A stretch of DNA of 64,000 bases from Candidatus Falkowbacteria bacterium HGW-Falkowbacteria-1 (GTDB taxonomy: Bacteria > Patescibacteriota > Patescibacteriia > Patescibacteriales > UBA12465). The DNA lies in the NCBI GenBank assembly GCA_002840305.1, contig PHAI01000001.1, positions 112,074-176,073 of the forward strand, given 5' to 3'. The first letter of the stretch is position 1. Each line of letters begins with the position of its first letter. Positions 56,403 through 64,000 of this stretch are shown here, in pieces. The translations under genes and the position numbers were made by a program. The notes under the pieces were generated by a model, which was not told the origin of the DNA, ran no database searches, and worked only from the letters and a program-made list of their open reading frames with translations.

Positions 56403-58193
56403 ATGAAAAAAACAATACCAGTGACACTTAGTAACTTCGCCTACATCTTGGATGAGGATGCTTATAAAAAATTAAATGAATACATAGAGGGCATAAGAAG
56501 TCACTTTAGTATCACTGATTCAAAAGAAACCACCGATGAGATTATAGGTGACATTGAAAGCAGCATCGCGGAGAAGTTCAGCTCCAAATTAAATGACTCG
56601 AAACAAGTCATAAGCATTGAGGACGTAGTTGAGCTCGTAAAATTAATGGGCTCTGTGGAAGACATTGCTGGTGACAGAGAAGATGTGCGAGATAAGATTG
56701 GCGAAAGTAATTATAATAAAAACGAAGAAAAAACAGAGAAGGGAAAGAAAAAAAGATTATTTAGAGACACAGATGATGTTATTATAGCCGGTGTAGCCTC
56801 TGGACTGGCTAGTTATTTCGGAGTCGATTCCGTTTTTGTTAGGTTGTTATTTTTCGTTTCAATGTTTTTTGGTGGTGCTGGCGTCGTGATTTATGTTATT
56901 TTATGGCTTGTGGTGCCAAAAGCAAAAACTTCAACTCAGAAACTTGAGATGCAAGGCGATTCTGTAACATTAAAACAATTAGAGAAATTAGCCAGAGAAA
57001 AGACCGAAGAATTTAAGAATATTGACAGGGGCAAAATAAAGAATTTTATAAATTCTATATTTGAAATAATTGGCAAGATACTCAAGGCCTTTTGGAAAGT
57101 TTTTATGATTTTTTGGGCCGCACTTGGTTCTTTTATTGGTGGCGTAATCATAGTGGTTTCAACGCTTGCGCTCACCGTTGTCGGTTTTGTTTTAGCTGCT
57201 ATGGTTTTTAACTCAGACTCACCTTTTATAAATATGCCCGAAGGTTTGATTGAAACTATGGGGCGCGGTATTTTGCCATTGGCTGCTTTTTTTGTAGTGT
57301 TCGTGCCAATAATATTCTTAATATTATTAGGGGCATCTCTTGTTGGAAGAAGAAATGTTTTTAATTTACCAACTAGTTTAACGCTAATCGCTATTTGGGT
57401 GACAGCCACCATTGTTTTTGGAGTTGTAGGGATTGATACGATTCCAGAAATAAAGAAACAAATAGAATTATATGATTCAGATATAAACCTTATTACCAAT
57501 GATGTTGAGGTGAGCAGTTTTGATAGAATAAAAGTGGGCGCTGCGTATAAGGCAAATATTACAGCCGGGGATGAATATAAGGTAACCGCGAAGGGAAGAG
57601 AAGATGATTTAGAAAAAATGAACGTGAGTGTGATTGAAGGAGAGCTGATTATTAAAAGAAATCAAAACGAAATCTGTTTGTTTTGTCACAAAGGAAATAA
57701 TGTGACTTTCGAAATAACCACGCCCAGTTTAAACAATCTAGAGGCCAGTGGCGCAAGCAGTGTTGATGTAATTGGTTTTAGCGGAGAGCTTATACAAGCA
57801 AAATTTTCTGGCGCTTCGAAAGGCGTTCTTGATTTAAATTATGGCAAATTCGATATGGATTTAAGTGGGGCCTCAAAATTAATATTAAATACCGCGACTT
57901 CAACCGAATTGAAAATAAAGTTAAGTGGAGCTTCAAACGCAGAAATATCAGGAGTGGCAGATGTATTTAAAGTTTATATGTCTGGTGCATCAACATTAAA
58001 TTCGTATAAACTTAAAACAATGAGTGCCAAGCTTGAGCTCAGTGGGGCTAGCAAGGCGGAACTTAGTGTTTCTAGAGATTTAGATGCAAATGTTTCGGGT
58101 GCTAGCACAGTTTACTATGAGGGAAATCCTGAAATAAATACAAACGAAGAGAGGTCAATCATTTTAAATAAAGAATATTCAGAGCTATATTGA
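56403..58193 (+). CDS. PspC-domain membrane protein with a C-terminal DUF2807-like (putative adhesin/beta-helix) domain
   Basis: The PspC motif is DDVIIAGVASGLASYFGVDSVFVRLLFFV. It is followed by multiple TM helices and repeated GAS…L segments. Confidence 0.65.
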   Translation: MKKTIPVTLSNFAYILDEDAYKKLNEYIEGIRSHFSITDSKETTDEIIGDIESSIAEKFSSKLNDSKQVISIEDVVELVKLMGSVEDIAGDREDVRDKIGESNYNKNEEKTEKGKKKRLFRDTDDVIIAGVASGLASYFGVDSVFVRLLFFVSMFFGGAGVVIYVILWLVVPKAKTSTQKLEMQGDSVTLKQLEKLAREKTEEFKNIDRGKIKNFINSIFEIIGKILKAFWKVFMIFWAALGSFIGGVIIVVSTLALTVVGFVLAAMVFNSDSPFINMPEGLIETMGRGILPLAAFFVVFVPIIFLILLGASLVGRRNVFNLPTSLTLIAIWVTATIVFGVVGIDTIPEIKKQIELYDSDINLITNDVEVSSFDRIKVGAAYKANITAGDEYKVTAKGREDDLEKMNVSVIEGELIIKRNQNEICLFCHKGNNVTFEITTPSLNNLEASGASSVDVIGFSGELIQAKFSGASKGVLDLNYGKFDMDLSGASKLILNTATSTELKIKLSGASNAEISGVADVFKVYMSGASTLNSYKLKTMSAKLELSGASKAELSVSRDLDANVSGASTVYYEGNPEINTNEERSIILNKEYSELY

Positions 58194-58579
58194 GACAAGC
58201 GATTGGTTGGAAGCGTCTGCCCGAGCCCTTTCTAAATTGTAACAAAAGGGCTATATTTTCGTATACTATTATGTAGAGTATTAATATTACGATAGAGAAT
58301 ATGTACAATAATTTTTATAAAAATCAAATCCATTTAATCGACAGAAATACTGGCGCTTCTTTTGTTTGTCCAATGAATTTGGCAAATAATCGTGGAAATG
58401 GTTTTTATAAATATTATGAACAAAATCAAATTACTAAAACATTCAAACATAAATTGAAAATATAGCTTAAATTGATAGGTGTTAAGATGAAGAATATTTA
58501 CAAGGGCCATCTCCATGAAGGGGGTGGCTCTTTTGTATAAATTTGTTCATTAACAATAAGAATCTTAAACCTATCAGCC

Positions 58580-59767
58580 ATGACAAAAAAAATAATTAGA
58601 AACTATGCAACATTTATGTTGCTTGAAGGATTAGCTCTTAGCTTTTTCTTTGGTACTTATCAGCTATTTCTTTTAGAGAAAGGCTTGAGTTTATTAGAGA
58701 TAAATCTCCTTAATTGTGGATTTATGATTGCTAATTTTTTACTCGAAATTCCTACTGGTGCGATTGCCGATTTTTTTGGGAGAAAGCGCTCGGTTATTAT
58801 TGGTCTTTGGATTTATGCTTTATCGTTTTTTCTTTATTTTCTTTCACAAAATTTTTGGCAATTTTTAGTAGCAGAAATTATTGGTGCAGTAGCCATAACT
58901 TGTATTTCTGGCGCTCTTGAAGCTCTGGTTGTTGATTCTTTGAATCACTATGGTTATGATGGAAAATTAGAAACGATTTTTCGTCGGGGTGAAATTAGAA
59001 GCTTGGGCGTCATTGTTGGAGCGGTTATTGGCTCTTTTGTTGGTCAGATTAATTTGGCTTGGCCTTGGTTGCTCAGTTCTTTGGCTTACGTTTTTTTAGC
59101 CATAGCATCAAATTATTTTTTTTATGAAGATTATTTTATTAAGCCAGAAAAAATAAAATTTGGGCTAGAACCAATGAAAAAGATTGCCAAAGAAAGCATT
59201 GTTTATGGCCTTAAAAATCGTCCCTTAATGTTTGTTGTTGCTTTTTCTGCTATCTTGTCTCTGGCCGTCCAGCCGGTAAACATGTATTGGCCAATTGCTT
59301 TCAAAAACATTTTCGATGTACAAACCAAATACATGGGATTAATTTTTGCTGCTATAGTGATTTCTGCTTATGTTGGTTCTCAATTTTCAAAAGTTTGGCA
59401 GAAAAAAATTAAATGTCAAAAAAATGCAATTTTCTTTTCACAGATTATTACATTGCTGGGAATTTTAGGGGCTTGTTTCTTTTCTAGGTTGCCATTATTT
59501 TTAGCTTTTTTCTTGATTCACGAATTTGGCCGTGGTTTATTTAATCCTCTTAGTCGCGCTTATATAAACGAGAATATTGAAAGCAAAAATCGCGCCACTG
59601 TTTTGTCGTTTGAATCTATGGTCGTGAAAGCTGGAGCTGGAGCTGGTTTAATCTTGAGCGGGTTGATAGCTGATAATTTTGGTATTTTAAACTCTTGGCT
59701 AATAAGCGCTTTGATTTTGGTAATTGGGATTTTTATTTTTTGGAGAAAAAATGGAACAAAAAATTAA
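58580..59767 (+). CDS. MFS transporter
   Basis: About 12 TM helices and the G-x-x-x-D-R/K-x-G-R-[KR] motif (DFFGRKRS). Confidence 0.8.
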   Translation: MTKKIIRNYATFMLLEGLALSFFFGTYQLFLLEKGLSLLEINLLNCGFMIANFLLEIPTGAIADFFGRKRSVIIGLWIYALSFFLYFLSQNFWQFLVAEIIGAVAITCISGALEALVVDSLNHYGYDGKLETIFRRGEIRSLGVIVGAVIGSFVGQINLAWPWLLSSLAYVFLAIASNYFFYEDYFIKPEKIKFGLEPMKKIAKESIVYGLKNRPLMFVVAFSAILSLAVQPVNMYWPIAFKNIFDVQTKYMGLIFAAIVISAYVGSQFSKVWQKKIKCQKNAIFFSQIITLLGILGACFFSRLPLFLAFFLIHEFGRGLFNPLSRAYINENIESKNRATVLSFESMVVKAGAGAGLILSGLIADNFGILNSWLISALILVIGIFIFWRKNGTKN

Positions 59768-59921
59768 AATTCCTAGGAATAGTTTTTATTAAGGAAGTCT
59801 GTAATAGTCTTCCTTTTTTATTTTTGTATGCTTATTTTAGCTTTTAGGCTTTTTGTTTTTAATGACTTAAGGCATTTTATGGTTAATAAAAAAAGAAGTT
59901 TGCACTTCTTTTTGTTTTTGT

Positions 59922-60284
59922 TTATTTTTTGTATTTATAATATTTCTTTTTTCCAACAAAATAAAAAATAATTGAAAAAAGACTGTTCGTCACAAAACCG
60001 GCTAAAATTAAATACCAAAATGTTTCCGGATTATGAAAATGGACAGCGGCTCTGGTTATCAAGGCTATAATTGAGAAAAAAATAATTTCCCCGATTATAA
60101 TAGATGATATCAGACTTTTTCTCCGAATTCCGTAATATTTTTTCCATCTATACCTGTTATAGCCGATGGCATAACCGATTACGCTTGGCCCTGCTATTGG
60201 AATGACGTTGGAGATGGTTACAAGAACAGACAGAAGAGACATGGACATTCTGATGAAAGTTTGATTGGAGTTTCCTTTTGCCAT
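59922..60284 (-). CDS. Small membrane protein of unknown function
   Basis: Three to four hydrophobic helices. Confidence 0.4.
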   Translation of the reverse strand: MAKGNSNQTFIRMSMSLLSVLVTISNVIPIAGPSVIGYAIGYNRYRWKKYYGIRRKSLISSIIIGEIIFFSIIALITRAAVHFHNPETFWYLILAGFVTNSLFSIIFYFVGKKKYYKYKK

Positions 60285-60489
60285 TTTTTATAAATTTTAA
60301 AGTTCGACATCGTTTGATTTGTTATATTATAATAATTATTTATTTTTGTCAATAAATTATTATGAATGATTTCTTTATAAACAAAGAAGTAAGAAATGTT
60401 TTTTATAGCCGGCAAAAAGTGTAATGCATTTTGTCTAATGAGGCTGTTGAAATAAAAAAAGGCCTACTCTTTAAGCCTTTTTGGTTCTT

Positions 60490-61074
60490 TTATAAAATTT
60501 CAATAACTGCCTGGTCAAGCACTCTTTTCAAAATCGGGTGTTTAATTTTATCACCATCTTCTTTAATAAATTCTTCGACTTTTATCGGTTGCCCTTCTTT
60601 TTGGTATTTAGCGGCTCTTACAATCATTTGGAGTTTGTCTAACTGGTGGGCAATCTGGGATCTTTCTGTTTTTTTTTCTTCAAACTCTAGCCACAGTTTA
60701 AATATTTTTTTGCCCTCAATTCCAAGCTCCAAACATATTTTTTTCATGGCAGTTAGTTCTGCTTGATATTTTTCGTCTTTTGTCCAACGTGTGCTTTTAG
60801 GGCAACTATTATCAGTTCTTCTGTCGCCGACATTTTTATCAGATTCTGGCCAATCATGAATCTTGAGCATTTTATTGAGCCCTGGGATATTAAATAATTT
60901 TTCTGCTAAAAAAACAAGTTCGTCGGTATGTTCTCCGACTGTTTCCGGATCCTTAACCTTTCTGTCAACCCAGCCGGTACGTGGCGTTTTGTGAAGAACA
61001 TCAATGACTTTTACAACTTTCGTTAAAGATTTTCCTTGAAAATTTAACGGGTATTGATAGTTTTTGTTTGACAT
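60490..61074 (-). CDS. HD-domain hydrolase (YfbR-like 5'-deoxynucleotidase family)
   Basis: HTDELVF…, LKIHDWPE, and an HD…D pattern are present. Confidence 0.6.
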   Translation of the reverse strand: MSNKNYQYPLNFQGKSLTKVVKVIDVLHKTPRTGWVDRKVKDPETVGEHTDELVFLAEKLFNIPGLNKMLKIHDWPESDKNVGDRRTDNSCPKSTRWTKDEKYQAELTAMKKICLELGIEGKKIFKLWLEFEEKKTERSQIAHQLDKLQMIVRAAKYQKEGQPIKVEEFIKEDGDKIKHPILKRVLDQAVIEIL

Positions 61075-61139
61075 GCTTATCGTTTTTTAAGGTTCGACAT
61101 TAATTAGCCTATTATATTTATTTTTTATTAGCTTGTCAA

Positions 61140-61215
61140 TGAAGTCGCTATTACGTAGTTGACAAATTAGCAAAAAATAATTAGTATAGAGAAAAGTACT
61201 TTGAAAACTAAATAA
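61140..61215 (+). promoter_or_regulatory. Putative promoter with an overlapping 7-bp inverted repeat upstream of the radical-SAM gene
   Basis: cTTGTCAAtgaagtcgctattacgtagTTGACAAa, in which TTGACA is followed by a 17-nt spacer and tagtat. Confidence 0.35.
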
Positions 61216-61226
61216 ATGTCTATGAT

Positions 61227-62327
61227 ATGATAAAATTAAGGAATCCGTTGAAAGCGCAGTTAAAAATTGCGTATCTTGTCGTTACTTATGCGTGCAATAA
61301 CAAATGTAATTTTTGTTATGCCCAAAGTATGCTTAAAAAGTTTATTGAGGGCGAAGAATTAGTTCATATGCCCTTAGAGTTTGCTTATCAAATAGTGAGC
61401 GAGTTGAAGTCTTTAGGTGTTAATAGATTTCATTTAATCGGTGGCGAGCCTACCGTTTATCCTTATTTGCTTGATCTTGTAAGGTTTATCAAACAAGACC
61501 CAAGAGTCTATGTGGCCATAGTGACTAATGGTAGAAAAATTGGAGACGAAGCTTATTTGAAAGACTTAGTTGATGCTGGGGTTAATGGATTCCAGATCTC
61601 GATTCAAGGAGCTGACGCCGAAAGACATAATGCCGTGACTGGTAGTTATAGTTTTGACATGACTTATAAGGCCTTGTTGAATCTGGCTAAATTAAATTTT
61701 CCGCAATTTTCTGCAGCCATCACGGTTAGTAAGGACAATTGCGACCAGATTGAAGGATTTATTCATACCATGAAAAAAGAAATTTTTAATGGTGGCCATT
61801 CTGGAAAAATTTTTATCAATTTTGCTGCTCCAAGTATCAATTTTAATTCAAGCACTTCCGTTAATGGAGAGTATGCTTTAAATCCCAGAGAAGTTGTTGA
61901 TCTTATTTTGAAGATTGACTCTCTCTTTCCAGCAGAGCTGTATTCTGAAATTATTTTTTCTAGTCGCGTCCCTATTTGTATGTATCCGTCTGGATCCTTA
62001 GAAAGACTGAACAAAAATAATCGAATGAGTGCAGGTTGCTCTTGCGGTTTGCATAATGGCAATATTATAACTATTGATCCCAGAGGAGACGTTCTTCCTT
62101 GCACTAACTTTGCCGGGACAAGACTTTTCAATTGTCGTGGTGAAAATAATGTTTTTGATAAAGATTCTTTTATTAATGGGATTAATAGATATTTCCCTAA
62201 GATAAAAGAACTAGCTCATTCTTATCCATCAATTAAATGTAAAGGATGTAGCAAAATTCATCGCTGTTTTGGAGCTTGTTTGTTCTGGTGGTTTTACTTT
62301 AATCCTGATCATTTTATAAAACCTTAA
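61227..62327 (+). CDS. Radical SAM enzyme with a C-terminal SPASM/twitch auxiliary Fe-S domain (anSME/peptide-maturase-like)
   Basis: CNNKCNFCY is the CX3CX2C motif, followed by GGEP. The SPASM region is CSCGLHNGNIITIDPRGDVLPC and CKGCSKIHRCFGAC. Confidence 0.8.
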   Translation: MIKLRNPLKAQLKIAYLVVTYACNNKCNFCYAQSMLKKFIEGEELVHMPLEFAYQIVSELKSLGVNRFHLIGGEPTVYPYLLDLVRFIKQDPRVYVAIVTNGRKIGDEAYLKDLVDAGVNGFQISIQGADAERHNAVTGSYSFDMTYKALLNLAKLNFPQFSAAITVSKDNCDQIEGFIHTMKKEIFNGGHSGKIFINFAAPSINFNSSTSVNGEYALNPREVVDLILKIDSLFPAELYSEIIFSSRVPICMYPSGSLERLNKNNRMSAGCSCGLHNGNIITIDPRGDVLPCTNFAGTRLFNCRGENNVFDKDSFINGINRYFPKIKELAHSYPSIKCKGCSKIHRCFGACLFWWFYFNPDHFIKP

Positions 62328-62329
62328 TT

Positions 62330-62542
62330 ATGGTAAATTCATTAGATTTCCTCGATGAAAAGATTGGTAATCGGCAAAGGATGAGTAAAGCTGATTTAAT
62401 TGGCCTTGTTTTGTTTAAAAAGATAAGAAGGTTCAAAAAAGCTTTTATTTCTTTTTTATCAAAACATAAGTTTTTTTCTTTTTATCTTTTAGCTTTGCTA
62501 ATTTATTTGTTTATTAAGTTTGTTTTTCGTTATATTGTTTAA
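62330..62542 (+). CDS. Small hydrophobic/cationic ORF translationally coupled to the rSAM gene
   Basis: Its ATG lies 3 nt after the rSAM stop codon. The 70-aa product has an amphipathic basic segment and then a TM helix, and contains no Cys. Confidence 0.3.
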   Translation: MVNSLDFLDEKIGNRQRMSKADLIGLVLFKKIRRFKKAFISFLSKHKFFSFYLLALLIYLFIKFVFRYIV

Positions 62543-62561
62543 CCTTTTAAATTGCTTTATT

Positions 62562-62726
62562 ATGGGTCCTTTAACTGGTGGTTTAATTATTGGTGCCATC
62601 GTCGGAATTGTCAAAATTATCAAAGGCGATGATGATAAAAAAGGAAAAGGAAATGAAGGTGGAAAGGGAAAAGAAAAAGATAGTGATTATGACAGCAGTT
62701 GTAACTGTTCCATTGATCAAAATTAA
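62562..62726 (+). CDS. Small peptide: glycine-zipper helix + charged linker + C-terminal SSCNCSIDQN (candidate rSAM substrate)
   Basis: MGPLTGGLIIGAIVGIVKIIKGDDDKKGKGNEGGKGKEKDSDYDSSCNCSIDQN. A terminator follows. There is no clear Shine-Dalgarno sequence. Confidence 0.3.
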   Translation: MGPLTGGLIIGAIVGIVKIIKGDDDKKGKGNEGGKGKEKDSDYDSSCNCSIDQN

Positions 62727-62799
62727 TTTTCCAAACTATTCCATTCTTAAAACTTTTTCTAGAAACTTTATTTTTTAAGCGAAGCTTAAAAGCTTAATT

Positions 62800-62830
62800 C
62801 CCCCTTGTGTAAACGAGGGGTTTTTTATTT
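62800..62830 (+). terminator. Rho-independent terminator ending the rSAM operon
   Basis: cccctt-gtgtaaac-gagggg followed by ttttttattttt. Confidence 0.5.
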
Positions 62831-62902
62831 TTAATTAAAAATACCGTTGTTAAAGCTATTCGATGTTTTGTTTTTCATTCTTTGCTGTGTTATAATTATT
62901 TT

Positions 62903-63244
62903 ATGAATGATTACGCCACTAAATTTCTAGATAAAATAGTTAAAGTAAAAATAGATAGACCTTTAGGCTCTAAGCATCCTAAACATAGTATCTATTATTC
63001 TGTTAATTATGGTTATGTTCCTGGAGAAATGGCGCCTGATGGAGAAGAATTAGACGCATATGTTCTAGGCATTTTTGAGCCGGTAAAAGAGTTTGTTGGC
63101 AGATGCATTGCGGTTGTTTATAGACTTAATGACGACGATGATAAGTTAATAGTTGTTCCTGATGGAATTAGCTATACAAAAGATCAAATTTCGTCCTTGG
63201 TTGAATTTCAAGAGAGATTTTTTGAGTCAATAATTATAAAATAA
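62903..63244 (+). CDS. ppa: Inorganic pyrophosphatase (family I), compact form
   Basis: NYGYVPGEMAPDGEELDAYVLG…VGRCIAVVYRLNDDDDKLIVVP parallels E. coli Ppa NYGYI…DGDPVDVLV…[26 protein letters not shown]. Confidence 0.6.
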   Translation: MNDYATKFLDKIVKVKIDRPLGSKHPKHSIYYSVNYGYVPGEMAPDGEELDAYVLGIFEPVKEFVGRCIAVVYRLNDDDDKLIVVPDGISYTKDQISSLVEFQERFFESIIIK

Positions 63245-63249
63245 ACATT

Positions 63250-63825
63250 ATGAAAATTGAATACGAAGCAACTTTTATTAATGTTAATAAAGATGAGATA
63301 CGCAAAAAATTAAAAGAAATAGGAGCCTCTTTAATTAGACCAGAATTTTTTCAAAAAAGACTATCCTTTGATCTTCCTTCTGGTCATGAAAAAAAAGGGG
63401 CATGGCTTAGGGTGCGAGACGAAGGTGATAAAAATACTTTAACTTTAAAAATAATTGACGGTGAGAAAATAGAGGACCAAAAAGAGATACTTTTAAATAT
63501 TGACGGTTTTGATGAGGCTACTGAAATGTTGTCTCTTATGGGTTGCCGTCAAAAGGCCTACCAGGAGAGTAAGCGAGAGCTTTGGCTTCTAGACGAAGTT
63601 GAGGTTACAATTGATGAGTGGCCATATTTAGAACCCTACGTTGAAGTTGAGGGCGAATCCGAGGAAGTCGTTAGAAATGTTAGCCATAAGCTGGGTTTTG
63701 ATTATTCTAAGGCCTTGTTTTGTTCTGTCGATAAGCTGTACGAGATGAAATACGGTGTCCCCAGAGAAATTATTTGCCAAAATACTAAGAGAATAACTTT
63801 CGATGACCCAAATCCATTTTTATAA
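63250..63825 (+). CDS. CYTH-domain (triphosphate tunnel metalloenzyme) protein
   Basis: The N-terminus is EYEATF (the ExExK-like motif) and the size is CYTH-like. Confidence 0.6.
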   Translation: MKIEYEATFINVNKDEIRKKLKEIGASLIRPEFFQKRLSFDLPSGHEKKGAWLRVRDEGDKNTLTLKIIDGEKIEDQKEILLNIDGFDEATEMLSLMGCRQKAYQESKRELWLLDEVEVTIDEWPYLEPYVEVEGESEEVVRNVSHKLGFDYSKALFCSVDKLYEMKYGVPREIICQNTKRITFDDPNPFL

Positions 63826-63852
63826 TTTTATATTCATAAAAAAATATTTTTT

Positions 63853-64000
63853 ATGTTAAAAATAATTGCTATTGGTGGTGGCGAAATTAGAAGACCAAAA
63901 AAAGAGGGTGGTTTTTATAAAAATGAAACTTTAAAAATAGACAAAGAAATAGTTTCTTTCTCTGGTAAGAAAAGCCCAAAACTTCTTTTTATTCCGACGG
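63853..64000 (+). CDS. Peptidase S51 (PepE/cyanophycinase-like), N-terminal part; continues beyond the window
   Basis: IAIGGGE and LLFIPT motifs are present. Confidence 0.4.
   Translation, partial: MLKIIAIGGGEIRRPKKEGGFYKNETLKIDKEIVSFSGKKSPKLLFIPT

Noticed and set aside
1-64000. CRISPR arrays, reverse transcriptases (DGR/retron/group II), transposases or integrases
   Set aside because: No regularly spaced direct repeats of 25-40 nt and no RT, DDE or tyrosine-recombinase motifs were seen in any frame. The only repeats are the two intergenic families and in-frame coding repeats.

Overview
This is an AT-rich, gene-dense bacterial window (GC visibly well below 40%; not computed). It reads like a reduced Patescibacteria/CPR-type genome with short genes, a glycolytic core and type IV pilin-like surface proteins. 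Recognisable housekeeping genes on the + strand include galU (C-terminal part), murA, rplU, ruvB-queA-lepB-hisS-rpsU, recA, ruvC, glgA, ftsK, a Mur ligase, pgk-eno, cdd, a GalE-like epimerase, tpiA, fpg, rpmG (missed by the ORF track), rubrerythrin, an MFS transporter and a PadR regulator. On the - strand are recR, ybaB, dnaB, a RelA/SpoT homologue, hup (HU), rny (RNase Y) and gyrB. I read nine tRNAs from the sequence: Lys-UUU and Thr-UGU on +; Lys-CUU, Met/Ile2-CAU and Arg-UCG on -; Thr-GGU, Tyr-GUA and Trp-CCA on +. Several annotated start codons in the ORF track are TTG/GTG and the likely ATG starts lie slightly downstream (glgA, hisS, the pilins, ppa and others). I found no CRISPR array, reverse transcriptase, transposase or integrase. 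Items worth a second look: (1) a radical-SAM/SPASM maturase operon with its own promoter and palindrome, two tiny downstream ORFs (one a peptide with a glycine-zipper helix and a C-terminal CNC motif) and a terminator, which is a candidate RiPP-like system; (2) a type IV pilin whose C-terminus is a 7-blade BNR/Asp-box beta-propeller, plus a free-standing paralogous pilin; (3) two TrbC/VirB2-like double-helix pilin-domain proteins, one fused to an ~700-aa extracellular Ig-like and Cys-rich region; (4) two families of intergenic repeats, namely a ~120-nt inverted-repeat-bounded MITE-like or structured-RNA element in three copies (one next to a tRNA) and a ~170-190-nt conserved element in two inversely oriented copies ~9.4 kb apart, next to two GC-rich perfect palindromes; (5) a domain-minimised cofactor-independent phosphoglycerate mutase homologue with substituted catalytic residues sitting where gpmI is expected after pgk-eno; and (6) an alpha-glucan cluster (glgA, GH57, APH-like kinase, PHP).
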